DNA of 32,000 nucleotides from Acaryochloris marina S15 (GTDB lineage Bacteria; Cyanobacteriota; Cyanobacteriia; Thermosynechococcales; Thermosynechococcaceae): NCBI RefSeq assembly GCF_018336915.1, contig NZ_CP064923.1, positions 2,580,001 to 2,612,000 of the forward strand, read 5' to 3'. Shown piece by piece: positions 16,072 to 25,800 of this stretch (position 1 is its first letter; each line of letters starts with the position of its first letter). The notes under the pieces were generated by a model. It saw only the letters and a program-made list of their open reading frames with translations, ran no database searches and was not told where the DNA came from. The position numbers and the translations under genes were made by a program.

Positions 16072-17290
16072 TGTTATCCGAACAATCTACCCTCATCGAT
16101 ACTGGAGTTACGCAGTGCATCAAATGTGGTGGGAAAATAGGCAAGCTTGGTTTTCAACCATCTACATTCCATGCCGTCTTCAGCGATCATAAACTCCGTA
16201 TCCAAAAACATCGGTGCAAGAATCCTGAGTGTCGATGGCAAAGTATGCCATCGGTGTTGAGCGTCTTTGGCACAGATACTCATCCTGACTTAGTAAAACT
16301 GCAATGTGAGAATGGTGCCTTGCATAGCTATCGAGAAGCTCAGGATAATATGGAGCGGCTGAATGCTCAGCGCCGGAGTGTGAATAACCATGTCCAAATC
16401 AAAAACGTGACCAATCAAGTCGGTGAGCGTTTATCTCAAGCGAACACTACCCCTCCAGATCAAGAAGAGTTACCCACCCCGGCAGCAGAACTCATTGCTC
16501 AAGTCGATGGGGGTCATATTCCTACCAAAGATAAAGACAAGCGCAGTTTTGAAGCCTTATCTGGCATCGTTTATCGTCCTAGTGCCATTGAAGTAGTTGA
16601 TAAACATCATCGCCAAATTACGGAAAAGACTTGTGTTGTTTCCGCCTTAGAGGATGAGTTGCAAACCATCAAGACCTATCTGCATCATGCGGCACTTAAA
16701 CAAGGGATGACAGAAGAGACACAGGTCACTGCCTTGGCCGATGGTGCTAGCAACTGCTGGTCAGTCATCTCAGTTCTTGAGCCTCATTGCAAAGCATTAG
16801 AGCTGATCTTGGACTGGTTTCATATCGGCAAGAAATTCCGAAATGTCAGCAATGCACTGGGTGAAACCTTTGCAGAATCCCTCGATAGTGCGAAGGGGAG
16901 TTTATGGCATGGAAAAGTAGATGATGCTCTGCAGAAGATTGCCATGCTTCGAGACAACATTTCAGATGAGAAGAAGCAAACAAAGCTCAAAGGCTTATAC
17001 GATTACTTAAAGAATAACAGTGAATATCTTGTCAATTATGACGAGCGAGATAAAGCGGGGCTAGCTTATACCAGTCAAGTTGCAGAATCTCATATTGACA
17101 CCCTCATTAATGCTCGCCATAAAAAGAAGCAGAAGATGCAATGGACTCGGGTAGGTGCCCATAATGTCTTGCAAATCAGGGCGAGTATGATCAGTAATGA
17201 ATGGAGTGATAATTGGCTAGATTTAGTTCTTCCTGAAGAAGAAAAAGCTGCTTGAGAATTAGGCTTTTAATGTAGGATATTTACGCTTAC

Positions 17291-17543
17291 GTACACCTTG
17301 ACCGAGTAAGTGCTCGGTTGCTTTGCTTTCGAAAAACTCACTAAATAAGTACAATGGAGCACTCAAAAAGCCCATACCATTTAGAATCAGGGCTTTGACA
17401 ACTTGACCACAACTAACATTCTCTTGCTCGTGAGTACCTAATAATCGATCCACTATTTCGACAATGCCGATCTCATCGACGATACCGGCAATAATACCGA
17501 GATGGTCAATATCCTGAACGTCTATCTCTTGAGGTGAATACAT
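17291..17543 (-). pseudogene. N-terminal 84 codons of an IS1634/IS4-type transposase (DUF4277-like), cut by ISKra4-like copy B
   Basis: MYSPQEIDVQDIDHLGIIAGIVDEIGIVEIVDRLLGTHEQENVSCGQVVKALILNGMGF... is the usual DUF4277 N-terminus. The last 10 residues of track ORF 17259..17543 are the ISKra4-like end. Confidence 0.7.
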
Positions 17544-17879
17544 GGACTTGCGTTGAGAGACAACCTCAAAATTATCCCTTGATGGTTAGTACCTGCTGAA
17601 TGTCGGATGTATCTTGGCATGGCCCCTTGAAAGGTATTCATCAAGATAAAGATATCATCAGATTTTCAATCTCTGAAAGAATTTCAGGGATTTTCACCCC
17701 GTTTCCTATAACAGCCATTATCGTAACCAGTTGCCTGAAAGACTAAAGTCTGGTCCTCAGAATTTCCTTGAAGAAGCAGGCAAATATTACACTAAAACTC
17801 AGACAAACGTTAGTGTAATATGGCGCAGGCAATGTTCTATTTCGGACATTTAGTTACGCTGAAATCCTTATGGGAAAAG

Positions 17880-18013
17880 GGGTAGCTAAACACAGCTATT
17901 TTTAATTCCGATTCTGGTAGAAAATCTGGAATAAGAATCACTGATCTAATAGTGTGATCTTGGAATTCATGCTCTGTGGTGCAAATTATTTCGCGTTTGG
18001 CTCAACATGCCGA
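17880..18013 (-). repeat. Copy 2 of the dispersed repeat seen at 2745..2865 (inverted orientation)
   Basis: See feature 2745..2865. It lies immediately downstream of the Rpn exon 2 stop (18025). Confidence 0.7.
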
Positions 18014-18024
18014 TGTGTCACTTG

Positions 18025-21000
18025 TTAATCGGCTCGATTTTTCTCCAGCCAGTTCACTAGATCAGCAGGTTCCGTAAAGTCGAGCAATGCTTCACCAAGT
18101 GCTTCGAGTTGGTCGAGAGTTAGGGATTGGATCTGAGATTGCAATTCTGAGGGAATGTCGCCAATACGTCGGTTGAGAAGGCGAAGGACTAATCGTGTTT
18201 CCCCGCTCTGTTCTCCCTCTTGAAGGAATTCTTCTTTCCACTCTTGATAGATAACTGACTGTTGCATAATCTCTTTCCGCAGAACTTGATTAATGACGTT
18301 CCTTTCCAATGTTAACCGTTAGGGTCGAGTGACAGGTCACCCTGTCACCCTCCCATTCAGAACGGTGCGTGAGACTTTCGAACTCACACCGCTCCTCAAC
18401 AGTACGGCTGTTGTCATCAGTACCATTCGCCCTATATTTTGATGACGCTTTCGATTGGCTCTAATTCAGTTTCCTGCTCTAAAGCCTTACGGTTAGCATT
18501 ATCAAGGGCGGTTTTTACATCGTGACAATGGCGATGAAGCGGTTGCAGATTGTCGAATCTATCTGTCCCACCCTCCACTTTAGGAATTTTGTGGTCAACC
18601 TCAATCAGATCGCCTTCGATAAACAGTAATCCACACGCTGGGCATTTCCCTTTGTACCTTTTTAGTAGTGAGGCTACTTGGTTGGGTAATTCAGGGTGTT
18701 TGCCTTTCCTTGTACTCCAGTACAGTACATCTCCATCAAAGAAACTCTTATCTCCCTTCACTTTTATATGGCGCACAATTGGGATAGAGGAATGAGGGGT
18801 TAATCTCACTCCCTTTCTGGTTGAAAAAGTAAGCCTATCTTCAATGTAATGCCAGTATTTGTTCAGGGTTTTGGAGTTAAAATTTCCGGTTCTGTATCTT
18901 GCCCATGCTCTTAGTTGTGAAAACAATAAAATGTGTTCGCACTTTGAGAAGGTTTGTTTACTGCATACCCGTGAGTAGTAATTACACCATCCCCTAATAA
19001 TCGGGTTGAGCTTGCTAATCAATGCCGCTTGTGGCGCTGTTTTGTAAGCATCAATGGTATCTCTAAGTTTCTGAATATGCAGGGCTACCTTCTTTTTGCT
19101 GGGCTTGATGAGTGTTTTGAAGCCTAGCTTCTTACCGTTTCCATGACATCCAGATTGATATTTACCAACTGAATATTGCCGGATATTAAATCCGAGAAAA
19201 TCGAATCCAACATTTCCTTCGTACGGTGTTAGCGTATGAGAGATACGGGTTTTACTAGGTTTTAATTCTAGAGACATCTCTTTAAGCCAGGTTTCGGCTG
19301 CTAGCTTACACTTCAGGATGACCTCCACCGATGGATGAAGGACTACGAAGTCATCAGCGTAGAATACAACCGATAAAGCACGTTGTGCTTTACCTTGATT
19401 TACGCATCCTCTGATCGCTGTTTCCAATCCATAAAGGGCTACCAAAGCTAATAATGGGGAGATGCATCCCCCTTGTGGTGTACCCTCATTGGTTGGAAAT
19501 AATTGGCCATCTAGTATCACTCCCGATTTCAACCAGGCTTTGATTTGCCTGTTTAAGCTGGGAAATGTGTTCAGTTTGGTCAATAACTTCTCCTGGTTTA
19601 TTTTGTCAAAGCATTTTGAAATATCGGCGTCCAAGACATATTTGTCTTTTTGCTTGATACTAAGGAAAATTGCTCTGATTGCATCATGAGCGCCTCTACC
19701 AGTTCTGAAGCCATAGGTATTGGTTTCGAAAACCGCTTCCCATTCGGCTTCCAATGCTAGTTTCACTAACATTTGCCTTGCCCTCTCAATCATGCAGGGT
19801 ATTCCTAACGGTCTTTCCTCCGTTGTTCCGGGTTTTGGTATCATCACCCGTCGCGTTGGTTTAGATTTTCCAGTTAGGTACAGGTTATTCGTGAGGTCAA
19901 GCCGTTGTTCCGGTGTCAGGGATTTTATCCCATCCACTCCTGCTGTTTTCTTGCCTTGATTATCCTGAGTCACCTTCCTGACTGCTAGAAGCTTGGCAGA
20001 TCTGGACTTCATCAATAGTTTCTGGAGTCTGTGAACCTGCTTAGTATCACCACGACGTTTGGCTTTGAAGATTCTGGTTTGGAGTCGATAGACATTCTTC
20101 TGGACTTGTTTCCAGTTAATGTCTGTCCATTCATCACTACCCATAATTGAGTGTGTCATCGTCTTTACTCTGACTAAAGGCTCTTCATTCCGTACTATCG
20201 GGTCTACGTCTGCGTATCCTGGGCATTACCCCAGGCATTAGCTTCTTAGACCATCCTGACTGCCAGTCCATTCGGTTTAGTACCTGCTCTAGATATTCGA
20301 CCTTCTAGAGTGAAAACTGGTCAGGTTACTTCGTTCCTGATGTTCTTTGTTTGTGTGTTTAGAGTCGTACTGTCCACCGGATTTCGCTTATGGGTATAAA
20401 ACCATCTTTTGACTGATGAGAAGGTTCAGGAAATCAGTAACTTTTGTTTCCAGTGTTTGGACATTAAGCATTGCTAGATATCCATTTCAGCCTTTTCACT
20501 GGCTGGGATTCACGGTGGTTTAGTCATACATTCAGGCTCACTGAGCTTTACTCATGCACACGTACTAGCCGGGTTTCCAGATTAGGCTTCCAGATACCGA
20601 CATTTAGCCCCGCTTCATCCCATTGGCACTAAACCTTTGATATGGGGGCTATGCTTTCACGCCTTATACCGGGCGGGTAGGACTAGCTGTCTGGACTTGG
20701 TCAGAGGCATCACCTACAAGAACATTAAGTTATCATCTGAGAGAGATTAAAGTGCGAACTCAACCCAGAGAAGGTTATCTCTCAGAAGCCCTACCTTATT
20801 AGCTTTTAGCCTTTTGTGTAGGAACGAATCGCACCAGCTAGAATCCCGGTTGAGGCCGCTACATTACTTTGAACCCGCATTTCTGGAACAGCATCGATGC
20901 GCTCAGCTACCTGTCGTAAGGTTTGAGCTTGATCTAAAGTATTGGTTAAAACAGCAAGAGGTAGCAATCCTGTCGATTCCAGAAAGGGTTCTGTTGGTTG

Positions 21001-21372
21001 CTCCCAAAGGCGGATTACCTCAAATTCATGGCGAGTTCTCGGAATCTCAAATGCTGTCTGGAAAACATAATCTGATTGGGATGGAGTCAAATAAATCACC
21101 ACTTGCTTCATCTCTTTCTGGGGAAAGCGACGATAGACCCGGAGGCGGTAGTCAGCCATCCTATAGGCCATGTTTGGATCTGGCTCTGTCTGAAACTCAA
21201 CGTGCAAAATATATTCATCAGAAGCCAGCAATATCAGTGCATCAGCCCGGATTGGTTCGAGTGACAATTCTGAAGGGCTGAGTTGGGTGAGTGGAATAGG
21301 TTCACCGAGGAGCCAAGAGGCGAAATCACTGGAAAAGCTCTCTGCAAGGAACTTACAGGTAGAATCAAACAT
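18025..21372 (-). CDS. Rpn-family PD-(D/E)XK nuclease / DUF4351 protein, split by a group II intron (exon 1 20835..21372, exon 2 18025..18317)
   Basis: Exon 1 reads ...IRADALILLASDEYILHVEFQTEPDPNMAYRMADYRLRVYRRF... (the nuclease core). Exon 2 reads ...VINQVLRKEIMQQSVIYQEWKEEFLQEGEQSGE...LTLDQLEALGEALLDF (the DUF4351 tail). 538 + 293 nt = 277 codons in frame, with the junction ...STGILA-G-LTLERNV... Confidence 0.8.
18360..18394 (-). ncRNA. Group II intron domain V
   Basis: The sense strand reads GAGCGGUGUGAGUUCGAAAGUCUCACGCACCGUUC, a ~34-nt hairpin with the AGC catalytic triad and a GAAA loop, 37 nt after the IEP stop. Confidence 0.85.
18432..20159 (-). CDS. Group II intron-encoded protein: reverse transcriptase / maturase / HNH endonuclease (575 aa)
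   Basis: RT motifs are present (RPLGIPCMIERA, YGFRTGRGAHDAI, YVLDADISKCFD, TPQGGCISPLL, FYADDFVVL). The maturase X region is RGWCNYY. The C-terminal HNH is CPACG...EVDHKIPKVEGGTDRFDNLQPLHRHCH. Confidence 0.95.
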   Translation of the reverse strand: MTHSIMGSDEWTDINWKQVQKNVYRLQTRIFKAKRRGDTKQVHRLQKLLMKSRSAKLLAVRKVTQDNQGKKTAGVDGIKSLTPEQRLDLTNNLYLTGKSKPTRRVMIPKPGTTEERPLGIPCMIERARQMLVKLALEAEWEAVFETNTYGFRTGRGAHDAIRAIFLSIKQKDKYVLDADISKCFDKINQEKLLTKLNTFPSLNRQIKAWLKSGVILDGQLFPTNEGTPQGGCISPLLALVALYGLETAIRGCVNQGKAQRALSVVFYADDFVVLHPSVEVILKCKLAAETWLKEMSLELKPSKTRISHTLTPYEGNVGFDFLGFNIRQYSVGKYQSGCHGNGKKLGFKTLIKPSKKKVALHIQKLRDTIDAYKTAPQAALISKLNPIIRGWCNYYSRVCSKQTFSKCEHILLFSQLRAWARYRTGNFNSKTLNKYWHYIEDRLTFSTRKGVRLTPHSSIPIVRHIKVKGDKSFFDGDVLYWSTRKGKHPELPNQVASLLKRYKGKCPACGLLFIEGDLIEVDHKIPKVEGGTDRFDNLQPLHRHCHDVKTALDNANRKALEQETELEPIESVIKI

Positions 21373-22057
21373 TCTGGGATTATATCAGTCCCATGTTGAA
21401 ATACACTTTCATGTATGAATAACTATGGAGATGTTTATACGTAAGAGCTAATTTCTAAAGAAGGTATTATTTAGTCACTTTTATTTACTTACTTTTTGTT
21501 ATGCTGATTGAAAATTGATTCTTAGATATAAAATTAGTTATTTATAGGCAGTATTCAATATTACTTGTCATAGAAAGCTAAGAGTTTAGTCATAAAAAGT
21601 CTCTTCAAAGTTTATATGATATTAAATTTTTATCCTCATTAGAATCTACATACTTGATTAATTTGTAAACAAAAATAATAAGGTTCGGATAATTTAATTT
21701 CATCGTATATAATCTAGAAAACCTTGATTTACTCGTTCCCCTTCATTTCATTTTCTCTACCTCTTACAACGAGCATGGATAAGTATTTATTGATTATATG
21801 CCTCTAAATTTGCATATACTCTGCTAAATTTAGCAGCACAGTATTCCTAAAACATAAACTCCTATATTAAAGAGGTTTCTGCTGGCTAGTTTATTAATAG
21901 ATACATCTAGAAACATCTTTTTATCCGCAGTTTTAAATTTTAGTTGAATCTTTGCATGTGTTCTATTGCATGCAACATTTCTGCTATTGAATTGATTGTC
22001 AGAATTTTCTATTTCTTCTGACTAGATTTTGCCATTCAAAATATAGGAAATAATAGT
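21373..22057. other. 685-bp AT-rich intergenic leader upstream of the 235-aa ORF / giant gene
   Basis: Lines I counted have about 18-28% G+C, against the mid-40s elsewhere. It contains the perfect palindrome CTGCTAAATTTAGCAG (21821-21836) and repeated TTGCAT motifs. There is no ORF of 60 aa or more. Confidence 0.7.
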
Positions 22058-22765
22058 ATGTCTGAAGCTATACATGTTCAGGAAGTAGGTATCACTATCA
22101 CAGCTAAAGATTTAAACCCTACCTCAATTAATCCAGACTTTCTGAAATACAGTGACATCATTCCCAGCGATTGGGAAGTTTCTCGCCCACCTGTATATAC
22201 CAATCGTATCGTCCAGATTGTCTATAAAAATGGCTTAAGCCTTGTAATCCAACCCAATCGAATAGATTTTATTGAAGTTTTTTCAAATTCTGATGCTCAT
22301 CCCAAGCAGGTTTATAGCATTGCTTCTAAATATGTTCAAAAGCTTTCGAAGGTAGATTATCAAGGCATCAGCATCAATGCTCGAGCCCATACTCAGTTTG
22401 CCAACAAGCACGAAACTCAGCGTTATTTAACGACTCAAATCCTTTCTCCTGGCCCTTGGTCTGAAAACTCTACGGGTCCAGTTCAGGCTGCGATTCAACT
22501 GATATATCCACAGGAAAGGGGGCAATTGAATTTATTGATAAATCAAGCAGAATTTAAACGCTCAGAAACTGAATCGGATGCTGCAATTCTTTTCTCTGGT
22601 AACTACAGCTTTGAACTAGAGGGAGAAAACTCTGAAACAAGACTGAAAGACTTACTGAGCTTGATTACTGACTGGAGCAGTTGTGTCGAGACTTTTGAGC
22701 AAATTGTCCAACAGTTTGTTCATAGCTCTACAAATCTGCTGATACCTATTGCAGATGCAGCATAA
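22058..22765 (+). CDS. Hypothetical protein (235 aa), no family recognised
   Basis: It is a clean ORF with ATG 22058 preceded by AGGAAATAATAGT. Two similar-sized halves are rich in beta-strand-like patterns. It lies 89 nt upstream of the giant ORF on the same strand. Confidence 0.65.
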   Translation: MSEAIHVQEVGITITAKDLNPTSINPDFLKYSDIIPSDWEVSRPPVYTNRIVQIVYKNGLSLVIQPNRIDFIEVFSNSDAHPKQVYSIASKYVQKLSKVDYQGISINARAHTQFANKHETQRYLTTQILSPGPWSENSTGPVQAAIQLIYPQERGQLNLLINQAEFKRSETESDAAILFSGNYSFELEGENSETRLKDLLSLITDWSSCVETFEQIVQQFVHSSTNLLIPIADAA

Positions 22766-22854
22766 ATAAAGAAATTTACGAGTAGCTCCTCAGAATTAAC
22801 ATCCTTGAGCTACTTAGCATTACGTTGATTTTTCGATAAGGACTTAGTAAGGAT

Positions 22855-25800
22855 ATGGGTGGTTCAAGCAATCTTTTTGGCAATCAGGATATTCCTGCAT
22901 CTGGGCTATTAGAAGGTGATTTGTTAGATGAACTTGGCAAGGATAACACCCTTGGTGATGTCCTTGATCAGATGGGGAGTAAACACACTCCAGCCTTTAA
23001 TGATCCTGTGAATGCAGTTTCTAACGGGATACCCCTTCAAAGTACTTTACCCTCACCTGCCAATAGTTTTCTCAACTCCACTGCTCCATCAGGTGCTTCT
23101 GCCGATTTGGAAGCCTCTGATGAGTCACTAGGCATAGGTGATGGTCCATTTGTAGGAGATATCTCGTCAGAAGATCTCGTAATGCATCTCACACTTGATG
23201 AGGCGTCTGGTAATGTTGCTGTCGATATCTCTCCTGAAGGACAAGATAATAATGGCCTTTTGAGAAGTGGTGCCCAATTTGTTGATATTGGTGGATCGTT
23301 AGGAGGCGGTGTCCAGTTTGATGGCATCAATGATTTTATTGCAGTGTCAGATACCCGAGATATCAATCTTGGAGAACATTCTCAAAGAACCATTAGTATC
23401 TGGTTTAAGGCGGACTCAACCCAAGGTAATGATAAGCAAGTCATTTACGAGGAAGGGGGAACAACTCGTGGCTTAAATATTTATCTGGATGAAGGTCGCC
23501 TATATGTGGGTGGCTGGAACCGAAGAGAAGAGAATTGGCAAGGAACATTTCTATCCACGGATACAGTACAGGAAAACGTTTGGCACCATGTTTCTCTTGT
23601 TTTGAATGTTGATAATGACCCCGAAATTGAAACAGGTGGTACCGGGGAGGATTCAGAAGGTTTTGAACGAGAGACTTCCACGTTGCAATCTCAAGCGTTC
23701 TCAGCCTATCTCGATGGTGAGCAATTTGGTGTAGGACAAGGGGCCACTTTACATCAACATAGCGACAATATTGGTATTGGTGGGATCAATCAAAACACCC
23801 GCTTTCACGATGGTGTCGGTAGAGGTTCTGGCACTCAAGGAATAAAAGGGATTATTGCAGATGCAAGAGTCTACAACAGAGTGTTAACAGACAGTGAAAT
23901 CGATCTACTGGCACAAATTAACCCTGTAGATCAAGCACCTCCAGTGATTAATGCAGAATTAGCAAATGACACTGCACCCACTGGAACGAATAATGACGGT
24001 ATCACTTCAGCTCCAACTGTTATCGGCCAAATTGTTGATGCCAGCCCGATTACCAGCTTCAGAGCTGGATTAAACAACACCCCTATTGACTCCTATATTG
24101 ATGTCCTCAATACAGTGCAGTCAGACGGTTCGTTTACCCTGGATCAAGGAACGCTAAACCAAATTTTGGGTAGCACGTTACCGGATGGATCCTATACTCT
24201 GAATCTATTAGCTACGGATGCATTTGGCAATACAACGGATAGCCAAGTTATCGTGTCGTTTGTCCTAGATACGGCAGTCTCTACGATTAGTTTTGATTTG
24301 GCCCCTGAATCTGATTCGGCCCCAGTGGGTGATCAACAAACCACGTTAGAAACGGTGCGTTTGATCGGTACTACTGAAGCAAATGCCAGTGTTCTCATGA
24401 ATCCCCTCGGGCAAGTCGTAGAAGCTGATGATCAGGGTCAATTCGCCTTCGAAGATGTACCGCTGGATATAGGACTGAACGAATTAAGCATCATTGCGAC
24501 AGATGTTGCCGGTAACCAGCAATCATTTACCCAAACTTTTGAACGTGTGGTTGCAGCAGCTGCGCCAGAAATCACGGCACCCCCCGCTCTGACCGTTGAT
24601 GAAGATACTGCATTGCAGATAAGTGGCATCAGCATAAGTGATGCGGATGCAGGTTCTTCTTCTTTAGAGGTGACTCTTTCTGTTGATCATGGAATACTGA
24701 CTTTGAGTCAAACCAGTGGTCTGACCTTCAATACGGGGAATGGTGTTGCTGATGCTTCCATGATATTCACGGGGACATTAGCTGACATTAACGCTGCCTT
24801 GACCGATTTGATTTATCAGGGTGAACTCGACTTCAATGGAACAGACATCGTCAATATCGCTGTAGATGACCTTTCCCATAGTGGAAGTGGGTTAACGGAT
24901 AGTCAAAGCATTGATGTAACCGTCAATCCCGTCAATGACACGCCTGTTTTAGAGAATATTGGGAATCAAAATGCCAATTTAGGTGAGGAATTAACCTTCA
25001 CCGCTGTAGCGACAGATCCAGACTTACCATCAGACCAGTTATCCTTTAGCCTAGCGTCTGGGGCTCCTGCAGGAGCGGCCATTGATCCTACAACAGGAAT
25101 ATTTAGTTGGACCCCAGATGCCAATCAGGCTATAGGAGACATCGAAGTTTCGATAGTTGTGACAGACAATGGCACTCCCCCCTTAAGCGATACAAAAATA
25201 ATTACAGTGTCTGTTTCTGACCCCAATGCCCCTGTCAATCAAGCACCTGTATTTGACCCAGTTGGCCCACTCTCTGTCATGCCTGGAGCTCGACTTGCAG
25301 TGCAGCTTATGGCAACTGATCCAGATGGTGACGCGGTTTCCTATTTTCTACAACCGAATGGCCCTCTACCAACGGGGATGCTGGAAAGCGATGGCACGTT
25401 GGTGTTTAACCCCTCTCCCGATCAGCTCGGCACCTATGAATTCACTGTTGTTGCCAGCGATGGAATTATAGATTCAACACAGACAGTCACGTTAGAAGTT
25501 GTTCCAGATCCCATCACCACGACTCGAATTTCAGGCGTGATCCAAGATATTGATCAGACGCCACTGGCTGGTGTTGTGCTGGAACTAGGTGGAACTCAAA
25601 CCACAACAGCTGCAGATGGCTCCTTTACTTTGGAGTTTCCGAATGGTTTACCCGATGACACCTTAAATATTCTGCCAGAGTCCATCAACACGGCTGACGT
25701 TATCTATCCAGCCATTGCTGAAAAGGTAGGTCTTCTTCTAGAGCGTGACCCATTTACAGGCGTCAACAATATCATTGACAGACCTATTTATCTTCCTGCC

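Larger units (their letters stand above)
14992..17255 (+). pseudogene. ISKra4-like transposase gene interrupted after codon ~59 by IS1
   Basis: Track ORFs 14992..15234 and 16059..17255 carry the N- and C-terminal parts of the 450-aa protein of 8801..10153 (...SKVQSALLS | EQSTLIDTGV...). Confidence 0.9.
14911..17290 (+). mobile_element. ISKra4-like insertion sequence, copy B, inactivated by an IS1 insertion
   Basis: 14911-15168 plus 16080-17290 are colinear and apparently identical with the reverse complement of copy A. Length minus IS1 (903) and the TSD (8) is 1,469 bp, the same as copy A. Confidence 0.9.
18318..20834 (-). mobile_element. Group II intron, complete (2,517 nt)
   Basis: The 5' end reads GUGCGA (rc of 20829-20834). 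Domain V is at 18360-18394. Domain VI is a hairpin with an unpaired A 7 nt from the 3' end, which reads ...CCCUAAC (18318). The IEP ORF sits in domain IV. Confidence 0.85.

Noticed and set aside
8189-17543. The 8.5-kb ISKra4-bounded unit as a single insertion into one IS4-type transposase gene. The N-terminal fragment at 17291-17543 and the C-terminal fragment at 8189-8765 are on the same strand and in the right order.
   Set aside because: The fragments are not contiguous. The N-terminal piece stops at about residue 84 of a DUF4277-type protein, and the C-terminal piece starts well into the catalytic domain of an IS4-type protein. They look like different subfamilies, and no matching target duplication exists at 8758-8765 versus 17291-17298.
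17786-17819. The hairpin ATTACACTAA-N14-TTAGTGTAAT (17786-17795 / 17810-17819) as a terminator or small RNA.
   Set aside because: It is a perfect 10-bp stem, but it is AT-rich, has no U-tract on either strand, and lies in debris between a transposase fragment and the dispersed repeat. The context is insufficient to assign a function.
21630-21929. DnaA-box-like 9-mers in the AT-rich leader (TTATCCTCA 21630-38, rc TTATCCGAA 21684-92, TTATCCGCA 21921-29) suggesting a replication origin.
   Set aside because: Each has one or two mismatches to TTATCCACA. In about 75% A+T sequence such near-matches are expected by chance. There are no iterons, and no dnaA, dnaN or rep gene is adjacent. I kept it only as a remote alternative.
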